From: Octopus vulgaris
Lineage: Eukaryota
Assembly (NCBI GenBank): GCA_951406725.2
Contig: OX597818.1
Coordinates: 105,710,001 to 105,774,000 of the forward strand
Length of the DNA: 64,000 nucleotides
Reading direction: 5' to 3'
Made by a program: the position numbers and the translations under genes. The notes below the pieces were generated by a model, which saw only the letters and a list, made by a program, of their open reading frames with translations, was not told the DNA's origin and ran no database searches. Shown here piece after piece: positions 38,608-50,912 of this stretch (position 1 is its first letter; each line of letters opens with the position of its first letter).

Positions 38608-39140
38608 TATATAATTAATAATATCAGGGTAATAAAGATTTTAGAAATTTTTACTACCAGTGGCCTAGCGTATAGAAAAATTAGTCAATAGACTATACAT
38701 TATTCATATAAAATACAGGGTATATTTAAACACATTAAGAGGCCTCCATCATAGGAATCCTTTATGCTAGAAAGAACAGCTAAAATCCAAACCACTAATT
38801 AGGGATAAATTCTTGAAGGGAATGAAAAATAAAAACATTTACCATCTCTTTCCTGGACCATGGTTTCTGACTTATTTTAGTAAATAAAATAATTTACCAG
38901 GCGAAGTCTTCATCAACAGGGACACCAAAGATTAAATATATAAACAACGAGGCCAATCCAGCATGGGTCTCATTGCTTATACATTTTAATTTTTCTCAAA
39001 TCCACTGCGCAAGCATAGTCTTTTTTGTTGGCAGCAAAAAGATGCCAGCAAATTCTTTGAATGAATCTACTAGAATGCTAGGCCACTGGTAGTAAAAATT
39101 TCTAAAATCCTTATTACCCTAATGTTATTAATTATGTATA
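38608..39140 (-). mobile_element. Putative PLE remnant with ~65-bp inverted ends
   Basis: taattaataatatcagggtaata...ccagtggcctagc versus gctaggccactgg...tattaccctaatgttattaatta; contains a minus-strand hammerhead. Confidence 0.65.
38852..38920 (-). ncRNA. Type I hammerhead motif (C3U core variant)
   Basis: Minus strand: cctg-TTGATGA-a-GACTT...AAGTC-a-GAAA-CCATGG-TC-cagg; palindromic stem III ACCATGGT, GUC triplet. Confidence 0.75.
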
Positions 39141-39154
39141 ATGATTTCTGGTAG

Positions 39155-40421
39155 ATTCTGGTGTAAATAGTCTGAGATAATTTCTTCAGTCAATGAACTG
39201 GTCTGCTAGAACGTATCATGTAAGGTGAAGAATACATTAGTGTAGTTGGTGTTTTGGTGAGTGGAGGTGGTGCTTGTGGGGGTGGGGGTGGCAGTGTTTG
39301 TGGAATGATGGGGTGGTGTCATCAAGTGGCATAAATGTTTCGGAAAAGGCTTTTTTCACTCTGTCGACAGAGACAGTCTCTTTTTTTTCCATGAATGTCC
39401 ACAGTGAACAGTTTCCGTGTGCTTCTAAGAATGCAATAGCATCCAGTGTAAGGAGGTGTGAGCGGTCCCTTGATGGCATCATTTCTTACAAACACACGAG
39501 TCCAGGTAGAAATATCTAGAGGCAATGTAGAAGAAACAGACTGGTCATGAGGAAGCATTGGTGGCAGGTCAGTAAGGAATGACCTGAGTCGCATCACGTA
39601 AGATGTGGGGTCTGCATTCAGTAAGTCAACAGGCATGTAGTGTGTGCATTCAGTAAGTCAACAGGCATGTAGTGTGTGCTGTATCTTGTTACCATTATAA
39701 ATGGATAGGTTCATTTTCAAGTCAGATCACCACTTTAGTTGGATAGCGTCCACATCACGTCAGGGTCACCACTTTAGATGGATAGGTTTTTGTTCCATCT
39801 AATGTGATTCTGCTCAGAAGGCTGTTATTTTATTGTGGTAGGAACCCAGTAAAGAAATACATGGAACAAAGGTGATAACTTTAAATACATTTATTGAGGT
39901 CACACATATATATACACAAGCTGAATGAAAGTGGTTGATGGACGTTTATTCATATATCTACATGCATCTGTGTGGGTTGTATGTTAGCTGTTAACCCTGG
40001 TGAGGAAAGCTCATGAACAGTGATATGTTAGAACCAGTGTAATGTGTTGGTGCTGTGTAGATGTTGTTGACAACATTGGTGAGAGACATCACGGCAGCGA
40101 TGAAGATGGAGATCACTGTAATGTGGACCTTAGAAGGTTTCAGAACCAACAGACATTGAGATTAGTAGGAGGTGAGCTTTTATCACTAATGATAGGCTCG
40201 AATGTTGTTTAGAAAAAGCTGTCTCATGTGATTTATTTGGTGCCTGTGATTGGTTGGGTTGCATATTGGAGTGCGATAAAGTAAGAGGCAAATTGTGCCA
40301 ATACTAACCAATTAAAGTAGTAGACACAAGGGGGTCCAAAACAGTGTCCAAATGTTAGCTGTTACCTACTACATTTGTAAGTGTGTAATATAAGAGAGGG
40401 TGCTCACTAGAGTTCACTACA
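39155..40421 (-). mobile_element. Gypsy remnant: probable LTR, tRNA-Trp PBS and integrase C-terminus
   Basis: VFVRNDAIKGPLTPPYTG (PYxG module); PBS TGGTGACCCTGACGTGAT at 39754-39771; TGTAGTG start at 40421 truncates the adjacent mariner. Confidence 0.7.
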
Positions 40422-41586
40422 AAGTCATCAACAACAGATATGATGTTATCATCACTGTAATACTAGTTCCCAACCAAGTAGAGTTTTTTATGTTGGGAAA
40501 CAGATGATGGTCAGTCGGGATCAAATAGGGAGGGTGATCAACCAGTTTGAAGCCACAGGCAAGCATAGCAACCATTGAAACCAAGGACTTGTATGCTGGA
40601 GCATTGTCCTGAAGAAACAAGATCCTTTTCATCAGTTTTACTGGGTATTTGGTCTTGATAGCCTTTCATGACTGCCTCAGCAAGTTTGCATAGTACTTTC
40701 CTTAAAAGTGTGGCCCTTTTGAAGATAGTCAATAAGTACAATGCCTTTTGCAACCCAAAAAACTGAAACCATCAGATTTCCTGCAGATGAAATGACCTTG
40801 ACCTTCTTTGGAGCAGGTGAGGATGGGTGTTTCCACTGCATGAATTGTCTTCGGTTCAAAGCAATCAACCCAACACTCATCTTGGGCTAGAAAACATTCA
40901 AGAAAACCAGCCGGATCTGCTTCAAACAATGTCAGATTTCCTTGTGATGTGATCAGCCTGTTGCGCTTTTGATCAAGTGTCAGAAAATATGGCACCCACC
41001 AAGGAGAAACCTTCCTCATGCCAAGTTCATTGTGCATTATATTCTCAACTCTCTCACAGGATATGTTAATAGCATTGGCCATTTTAATTATATCGCCTGT
41101 CATCCATCATCAAGTAGTAAACACGACCAATGTTTTCTTTATGGTGATAGTTATCGGACATCCAGACCTCAGGTCATTTTCAAGATTTTCCCTTCCCCTG
41201 CTGAATTTAGCTGCCTACTTTTGCACTGTTGATAAAGCTGAAGTGTCATCCCCTAATGTAGCAACTATGTTGGCATGAATGTCCTTAGGAGCTAAAATCT
41301 TTCTCTGCAGGTAATTGATAACATCACAATGCCAAATTTTGTCTATTTTCAAGAGAAGCTGCTGCTAGTTACTTTTGAAGTCAAATCTTTTTTTGAACAG
41401 TCAGATATCAGTTTACCTGGAAAGAAACAAAGCAGTTGTTAATAACAAGAGGTTCGAATGATCACAAGGTGGTTCATATCATCAGAGTCATTGTGTTGTT
41501 TCCAAGCAAAAACCAATAAAAATATTTCACAGCTCTAGCATCACTCCTTCATAGTCAGCCTATGAACTTTTCAGTCCACCCTTGTA
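40422..41586 (-). mobile_element. Mariner transposon, decayed
   Basis: WVPYFLT, QDECWV, LQDNAPAY and HPPY..PTDHHLFP motifs over frameshifted ORFs; TIR tacaagggtggactgaaaagttc. Confidence 0.9.
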
Positions 41587-41889
41587 AATCCCACAGACAT
41601 TTTGTATGATGCCTTAACAATTCTAATCATCCAACACCAATGACTGCACTGTTAACACATGCATACATACTCACATGCATGCACATGTGGGTGTGAATGT
41701 GTTTGAAAATTGATATTTTGAAAAATAACATTCTTTCACCCACTTCCAAGATTATGTTTTCTTTACATTGGAAGCCCTTCCTATAAATTCTTGTCTCTGC
41801 TATTTATGCTTTTTTAATAGATTTTACACTAAATTCTCAGAATGCAAAAAACCCAAATAAATAAACTAAAAAGAGGGCAAAATAATAAC

Positions 41890-41956
<67 letters not shown>

Positions 41957-43642
41957 ATGAAAACTCACAGCTTATTTTGCTGGGTATGATGGAAAGTGTC
42001 AGCTGTCCACAGCCAGCAGACTAAGGTGACACTTGTTTATTGGTCATGCTTCAAGAACCTGTGAAGAATTCTTGCAGTTCCAAGCAATGCTGATTTTTGT
42101 ATGTGTTCTACCTTCACCCTTGCACCAATCTTTTTCAGCCATGTTGGTAGTTGAGTGCTGATACTTCCAAGTACACCAAAAACTGCTGGTATCACGTCTA
42201 CTCTCTTCATTGACCACATCCTTTGCATTTCCCACTTTAAATCATCATAGTTGTTTATTTTTTCTTCTTCTTTCACATTGATCCTGTGTTCACTGGGGCA
42301 TGCTATGTCAATTCCCCAAGGAACTCACTTGTGTCTCATCATTGCCATACAGTTTCAAATCATCCATGAAGAGGAAGTGGTTAATATTGGCTTTCAGATT
42401 ATGAACTCAATACACAGTCAACAGCTTTTAGTTTTTCTGTCAAGTTTCTGTATGTCACTTTTGGTCCAATCTACAATTCCAACTTTATATCTGATTACCA
42501 GTACTGCTCATGCATTTATTGCTTCAATAATATTTTTGAATTCAACTTTGACTGTAATATTTTTCTCACTCTGCTTGTATACTTCCTACTGGTAATTTGC
42601 TTCATCTCTTCATATTTTATTTCATCTGCCTCCAATATTACCAAATATTTATACCACTGTCCTTTCTCAACTTTCATTGTTTGCCCATTTAGTATTTCAG
42701 TTCCCTGGCTTCCATCAAATCTTCCTTGTTGCATTATCAATATAGTGCACTACCTACATCATTTGAGAAAATGCAAACAATATGTACAAAACTTTTAAAC
42801 CACTTCTCATTTTTCGTATAAAGCTTTATATCATCTATAAAAAGATGATTTATCTGATCATATCCTTTTTCCAAATCATTAACTATTTTAACTTCTCATA
42901 ATATCAAACTGAGTGGTATCGTGGCTAATACAAATAGTAATTTCACCTTGAAATATACCACATCTGATATTCACTTTTCCAAGTCTCTGTTTCCCTCCAA
43001 TCAATTCAGTATTCAAATTTTTCACTTTCATTCATCATTTTCTCCATATTTTCTGTCACTCCAGACATGCTCATTGTTTTACTTATCCAACTCTGTGGTA
43101 ACATGTTATATGGTTTTCTGTAATCCAACCACGCTACATTCAATCCCATCAGTCTGCATCTACAATTTCTAATTATCATTTTATTAGTGGTCTTTTGTTA
43201 AACTATTTTGCTTCCTGCATCCTTTCTGCTCTACTAGCAGGAGATTGTTACTTTCCAGATGATTATATAACTTTTCATCAAGACACTGGTCATAAGCTTC
43301 CACATAAATGGTAAACTGATTATAGAATGGAAAATTTAATACCAATTTACTTTTCAAGTGTCCTTGAGACATAGCAATGTTCATCCACTTGTCATCCAGG
43401 TAGGGACGTGACACCACTGCAAGCATTCATCCAAGTGTCCAGTGATCCTTTCATGCAACTGTGTAAAATTCTTCAGCTAATAACATTGTACGCCATCTGA
43501 ACCAGGTCCTTTCCAGTTTACTATGATTAGCTGATTTGATTCACTAATGTTCTCTCAAAATGTCACTTACTTTGCCTGTGGCTCTCCTTACTTTCCTTCT
43601 GTCCATATACCTCACATTCAGTGGCACTTCATTGTTCACACC
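41957..43642 (-). mobile_element. R4/Dong-like RLE non-LTR retrotransposon, truncated
   Basis: IDIACP...KEEEKINNYDDL...VIPAVFGVLG...IQKSALLGTARIL RLE domain; EQKGCRK and YKYLVILE RT-region remnants; (TAA)n on both sides. Confidence 0.85.
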
Positions 43643-43653
43643 AATTATTATTA

Positions 43654-43706
<53 letters not shown>

Positions 43707-44257
43707 GAGTGAGAGAGCAGTGCATGCTATCAAAGTGACACTGGGCTAAAATATATAAAGCCCAGTATACCCATCATGACTACCCATCTGATAAGGGTAC
43801 ACCAGGCACATGCATCACAACCATATGTGCGTGACATGGTGATCTCACATCAAGATAAACAGCACATGACCTTGCAGGTGGGGCCCAGTTAGAATTTTCT
43901 TCTGGTCAAGTAACCCATCCCACTCAAAAGGTCCGTGAATAAGGGTTGTTTAAGGATGTTAAACGAACCACCCATGTTTCCAGAGGTGGTTATTCAAACC
44001 CCAAAGAATCCCTCTCAACACATGGCTATGATGCTCCCCCACTACTTCTACTCATGATCAGAGATGCACATATTGTCAGCCACTAAGGGACATGCTCAAC
44101 TAGTTATGGTCAAACAACTGACAAGCAAATCTGTGGTATTGAGCAGAACATTTGCCCATCTTTTATACCTAGACAAAACAATGTACGTGATAACACTTCC
44201 AATCAGTTAAGATCAGAAGCCATGAGAGCCACTGTCTGGTACTGCATCAGGGTATTT
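43707..44257 (-). mobile_element. ~550-bp non-coding element in (TAA)n, copy 1
   Basis: Highly similar to 44301-44858; bounded by (TTA)n on both sides; orientation inferred from the (AAT)n tail. Confidence 0.8.
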
Positions 44258-44265
44258 ATTTATTA

Positions 44266-44300
<35 letters not shown>

Positions 44301-44858
44301 GAGTGAGAGAGCAGTTCATGCCATCAAAGTGACACTGGGGTAAAATATACGAAGCCCAATATACCCATCATGACTACCCGTCTGATAAAGGTACACCAGG
44401 CACATGCATCACAACCATATGTGCGTGACATGGTGATCTCATATCAAGATAAACAGCACATGACCTTGCAGGTGGGGCCCAGTTAGAATTTTCTTCAGGT
44501 TGAGTAGCCCATCCCACTCAAACGGTCCCTGAATAAGGGTTGTTTAAGGATGTTGAAAGAACCACCCATGTTTCCAGAGGTGAACTATTCAAACCACAAA
44601 GAATCCCTCTCAACATATGGCTATGATGCTCCCCCACTACTTCTGCTCGTGATCAGAGATGCACATATCGTCAGCCACTAAGGGACATGCTCAACTGGTT
44701 AAGGTCAAACAACTGACAAGCAAATCTGTGGTATTGAGCAGAATATTTGCTGTAGCCCATCTTTTATACCAAGACAAAACAATGTACATGATAACACTTC
44801 CAATCAGTTAAGATCAGAAGCCATGAGAGCCACTGTCTGGTACTGCATCAGGGTATTT
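44301..44858 (-). mobile_element. ~550-bp non-coding element in (TAA)n, copy 2
   Basis: Same termini as copy 1 (gagtgagagagcag ... actgcatcagggtattt). Confidence 0.8.
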
Positions 44859-44866
44859 ATTTATTA

Positions 44867-44926
<60 letters not shown>

Positions 44927-45718
44927 TTATTATTATTATTATTTGACATTTGATAATTTCAGGTAGATTTCTATTGCATCACCTGCTACATCTCCATGTC
45001 ACTGAGGTGTGTCAAGCATTGTGTGTTCTTTTTTGTTGTTGGGGAGTGCAACCTTTTCCTGATATCATATTGCATCAGTTTGTTTTGTTATGGTGTTTGG
45101 TTGCAGTTTTTTGTTGTATTAGTGTTTGCATTGTGTGTTGTGTGTTTAATGTAAGTTGTGTTCTGGCTTGTAATCTTCTGTTGGGTATCTGGCCTGTAGG
45201 TATTATTGTTGTTATTAACCTTCTATTATTATTATTATTTCAGCTAGGTTTTGTTTTAACCAAACTCATAATTTATTCAAGCCCTCCTGTAGTGTTTGAA
45301 TAGCAGGGTGTGGCTATCGCAGTTCATGCTGTACTTGAAGTGTTGGGGTTATTAAGAACTCGGTCAACACCTACCTACCATCTTCCCCCATTTCCTCCAC
45401 TCCATATTAACAGCCCACTAGCAATCGTCACAATCTATTCTTTGTTCTATATTGATGAAGCTATTCTATCTTCTTTTTTCACTGAAGGATAAATTTTATT
45501 TGTAATATCAATATAGCTTATTAGACTTGCACATTTCTAATTATGCTAGAACCCTAGTACTTCTGTAAAAGACCATATGTAATATGAATTGCAATTTTTA
45601 GGCCTAAATTGTCTTAAAACCTTTAATTACCATGTATAACATGCAGAGTTGCATAACTGCTGCAGGAGTAAATAATTTATTATAATCCAATATATTCAGG
45701 TGTCTGCTCTCTGTGTGC

Positions 45719-45768
<50 letters not shown>

Positions 45769-47558
45769 CTCTTCTCCCACTCACTCTTCCCACTCACTCT
45801 TCCCCCTCTCTCTCTCTCTTTCTCTCTATACATAAGTTTCAAAATTTGAGCAAAAACAAAGGAACAAATGGAAAATTCACACATAGGACAAGACGTTGCT
45901 AATTCCTCAAATCTTGTCATCATAAAAGATCCTTACTATTTCATGCCTTCAACGATAATATTGTTCACTTTTGGTGGCATCAGTGGCAAGAAGCTGTTGG
46001 GAATAGTGAATGAACAGGGGACAGTGACCAAAACAAACATGACAAAATACATACATGCACATGTGTGTGTATGTGTGTTGGGAGAGGGTGTACGCATATG
46101 TGTGTGTGTTTGTGTGTGAGAGAGAAGAGGGGAGACTGTTTATCTTATGCATCCTGATTTTAAAATAGTTATGTAACATCCCTGAATGTAAGGAGCAACC
46201 AAAAGAGTTGACAAAAAGGACATAAAACATTGCCACCAAAGACTTTTCCACCCATGCCAACATAAAAAAGTGGACATAAAATGATGATGATGATGATAAT
46301 GATGTGTGAGTATGTGTGTTTGAGTATATATGCATGTCTGTGTTTATCTTTACCTCAGTCTAGAAACTGATGTTTATCAATTGTATCATATTATGTCTCA
46401 TAACTTAGTGATTCAACAAATAGAGATTAATGAAATAAGTACCAGGCTCAAATAAGTATTAGGGACGATGTGACTGACTAAAACTCTTGATTATGATGCC
46501 CCAGATTGGCCACAGTCCAGGAACTAAAACCAATAAAAGATTCCACATCAGAAATCAGTAGATACAAAAAGTTCACAAAATAGTGTAAATTACTTTGCTA
46601 CAAGAAAGTGGAAAAATTTGATGTTTTAATTCTTCCAAATAAATTCCTTTCTCTGTCATAGCAAATTAAGTCTATATTAGCCCTTATTTAATTTTAGCAT
46701 AGAATTTTAAAATGACACCTAACGTTTTTGTGAAGCCCCTTTCCTTTAAAATAAATGAATAGTCATTGGACTTTTGTGTTTTGAATGTCAGAGATTCAGA
46801 ATCTGCAAAAGTTATTTTGCTTTGATTAAAACAATTTTTTTTAAAAAATTAGAATATGATTAGGGTTACAAGATTTACAGTAATCACCCAACTATTCAAG
46901 TACTGTAGGAGGGCTTAAACATCAGTGCTAGAGAACTTGCTTCATTGCTGATTGTTTACAACCTCACAACTTCATGTTTAATTCAAATTCTGACCCTCAT
47001 ATATGCAGGTATTTCTGCTATGCTCAATATATTAGTATGTCAAGTAACAACCTTCAGTATTTCAATACCACACCCACAGAAAATTCTAGAACTTAGGAGA
47101 AAATAGACCTCTTGTCAAAATAATTCTTCTCTTGGTGAACAAAAAGTTGTCTAACTACATAACAGAAGATAGCTTTCTTAAGAGCCAACGTGGAGAACAT
47201 GTACATGATTGCTCACCTTGCTAGAAATAGCAACCAAATCTTCCCTAAATTACACTCAGCTGTCTTAAAAATGAAAGACACATTAGATCAGTGTTTTCCA
47301 GCATGCTCTTGATGATAGGTTGACTCAACTAACACCTCTCCTTAAATGTTTTGTAACAATATTCAAAACAGGTGAAGTTAAATTTGAATTCCTGCACCTT
47401 TTGAAATTAATTTAAAACCCCACCCCATGGGTATTAGCACCTTGAGATGGTAAACACTGCATTTGATGATGTAGGCATGGGTATACATTATCTAAAAATG
47501 TGAGGTGGTCATAAGTGGAATGCTTATGGCCATAGATCTGCCACCTCTGAGTCCAAGC

Positions 47559-47589
<31 letters not shown>

Positions 47590-47590
47590 T

Positions 47591-47630
<40 letters not shown>

Positions 47631-48710
47631 GCAGCAGCAGCAGCAGCAACAAAAGCAACAGGCTCTCTTAAAAACACAGGACTGAAATTTACTTCTTTTT
47701 TTTATTTTCTATGCACACTTTGTCCATGTTATCATGAGGACGATAAATTTTGGGAGCATTAGATTTCTAGTAACCATTCAAATGAATAGGAATGGAACCC
47801 ATTTCCCTCAGTCAAGCAGTTGTAAAAATGTTATTAGCTTTACTTAGAAACAAAACACAATGGCTCTGATGATATGTGTCATTTTGTGACCAATAGACCA
47901 ACATTTGAATCTCAGAGTCACTGTCTCTCTCAGATCATATCTCTTGAAAAATAGAAAGGGAAGCAAACTTTGTATGAAAAAGAGATTGAAGTCTAGTAAA
48001 GTGAAATGCATACAGGAATTCTAGAGATGAAAAATATTATTTTTTGCCTTCCATAATATGATAAATGATTTTAAATGTTGGACTATGGCATTCAAAAACA
48101 CACAAAAAGTGCAAAATGTGACTGAAAGTATCTTAATTTTTTTTTATTAATATGTACTAAAAATTCCTGACCAGACATTCTTTTGACGTTGATGAAAAGT
48201 TAGGACATTTATAACATTTTTTACATGTGGAACATTTGTAAATAGAGGAAATACTGGCTATATGACATGTCTAATTCCTCAACATTATCACTACCACCAC
48301 CACCACCACCACCACCACCACCACACAATCAGATTGTTAGTCATTTGAATGGTTTTTATATATTACCAATATACTGATGGTCATATAGAAGAATATTTGT
48401 CTTATTTGTCGGATGCAACAACTTGAGAGTGTAAGATTGTCAAAGGAAGGAAAAACATGAAAACGAAATAGCAGTTAACAGGAAACAAACCTCTACAGCT
48501 CCTGATAAGTTAGCTTTGACATATTTAATGCTTGAACCATTAAGAAACTAACAAGAAATAGTTATGTGATGAGATGATGAGATTAAAAGAAAATACAAAA
48601 AAGGATTTTAGTCAATGACTAATCTTATGACACTATTAATCATATTTTCATTTTTCTGGTAAGTGCAAAAGACATTTTCATATGTGTATATATTTATATA
48701 TATATATATA

Positions 48711-50497
48711 CTAGCTGGTGTACCTGGTAATTCCCGGGGGTAAAGATGTTCTATTGAAATGTCTTATTACTCTGATATAAGAAAACAATTTCGTTATAAC
48801 TGCCACAAAAGGTGTATTTTTCGTTGAGAAAAAGAACAAGAAACTGTCAGTTGGAGGAAGAAGAGATTGTTGGAAATTGGTGAGAGAGGTTTTTGGAGGT
48901 TGGTGAGAAAGATTATCGAAGGTTGCTGAGAGAGGTTATATAAATATGTGAATGGAGTGTTTGAAGAAAATGCAATAATAACATTCACACTAACCGATGG
49001 TCACTCTCAGTAACTACCTTTAACTTATGGAGTTCTTGTTTTTATAACTATCGAAAAGCAGCCAGAAGGACAGACATATTGTTGAGAACAAATGATTTCG
49101 TTGAAGGTCTGTTATCTCCATTTCAGCCAGTGGTGGCCTAGAAGAGGTTAGAAGGGTCAAGTGGCAAAGACATTATTCTGCTTAGCGAAGGCATCTGAGA
49201 AATGTATAACTGTTGTCATTCACAGAAAAACTATTGTTTTACTGTGAGAAAAGCACTGTTGAAGTGTTAAGTGAAATTTGGCCATCGAGGATCGAATCTA
49301 CACTATGCCTGCATGAAGCCACTACAAATACATTGTGGAAAAAAAATTTATCTACTGTCATGGAAAAAGTGTAACTGTAAAAATGCAGAATTATCGGAGT
49401 AATGGACTTTCAAAAAAGTATGTATGTATGAAAATGTATGAATGAAGTCTTTAAGGTTTAAGATTCAAATTAAAGAAGTGCAGTAATAATGTTTAGCAGT
49501 TCAAGACTGTGAATAGTGAAATGCAGAATTAGGTCGGCTGATCATGAGAATCAAATATTGATCGCTTCGTTAAAAATTGCAGGGGGTATGGGTTATTTCC
49601 CTTGGGTTGTTTAAATAAAATATTAGTAAAATGTAGTAGATAAAAGGACCCACTGGAGGAGCCTTGTTATCAATTTTTTCAGCAATCTAAGTGTGTTACA
49701 AGGTTTCCAGACATGAGTTCTACTCATGTGTCAAATAAAGTATAAAAGTGATATTGTCTACAAAAATTAGAAATTAGACACACAAAAAAATCAATATTCA
49801 AAGTAATTGGACATAAACAATGAAACCTGTTAAATATTTCTAAATTTGATGTCTCAATTCGTTACATGAACATGTTGTATGAACTGTAAGTAAGCAATAA
49901 ATATTATGATTTGTAAGATAAGTGATACAGGGTATCCCAACTAAATGTGGAGTGGAAGTTTGGTTTCATTTTTTAAGAATTTTAAGCATTCAAAGTATGA
50001 GTTCATTGTACTGGGACACACTTATTAAATAAGTTCTGGAATCAAAAATTTATGTACTGTCATCGAAAAATTTTAACTGGAAAAATGCAGAATTATCAGA
50101 GTTATAGGCATTGAAAGTGTACATGCATCAAGAAAGTGCAATAATAAGGTTAAGCAGTTGAAAACTGTGAGTAGTGAAATACAGAATTAGGTCTGCTGAT
50201 CGTGAGAATCAACTATTGATCGCTTCGCTAAAAACTAACAACTGTAAATGCAGGTGCTATGGGTTATTTCCCTTGAGTGTCAAAAAAAAAAAAAAATAGT
50301 TATATGAGGCAGATATAAAGATCCCTTCTAGAGGCTGTATTATTGATTTTTTTCAACAATCTAAGTATGTCTTGAGGTTTTCAGACATGAGTTTTATTCA
50401 CATGTCAAGTTTCATCAAAATCAATAAAACGATGTAGGAGGAATTAGCTAACAATGCCATAAACAAACACACACCGATTTTCCACATATGTAATAGA
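48711..50497 (-). mobile_element. Non-autonomous Helitron-like element
   Basis: Minus strand reads A|TC...CTAG|T with an imperfect GC-rich hairpin just before CTAG; internal duplication ~49340-49730 / ~50050-50410. Confidence 0.65.
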
Positions 50498-50534
50498 TAT
50501 ATATATATACACATATATACATATTATTTTTTAT

Positions 50535-50840
50535 TTTTTTATTTTACTTGTTTCAGTCTCTTAACTGTGGCCATATGCTGAAGCACTGCCTTTAGTCAAA
50601 CAAATCGACCCCAGGACTTATTCTTTGTGTGCCTAGTACTTATTCTATCTGTCTATTTTGCTGAACTGCTAGGTCACAAGGACGTAAACACACCAACAGT
50701 GGTTGTCAAGCAATGGTGAGGGGGACAAACACAGAGACACACACAAATATATACATAGGCACACATGCACAGGTCAGCCCAAGACTATAGTACCGTGTGG
50801 TTGGGAAGCAAGCTTCTTGCCACACAGCCATGCCTGTGCC
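50535..50840 (-). mobile_element. SINE family A, deleted copy
   Basis: Tail and head blocks recognisable. Confidence 0.75.
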
Positions 50841-50846
50841 TCTGTG

Positions 50847-50912
<66 letters not shown>

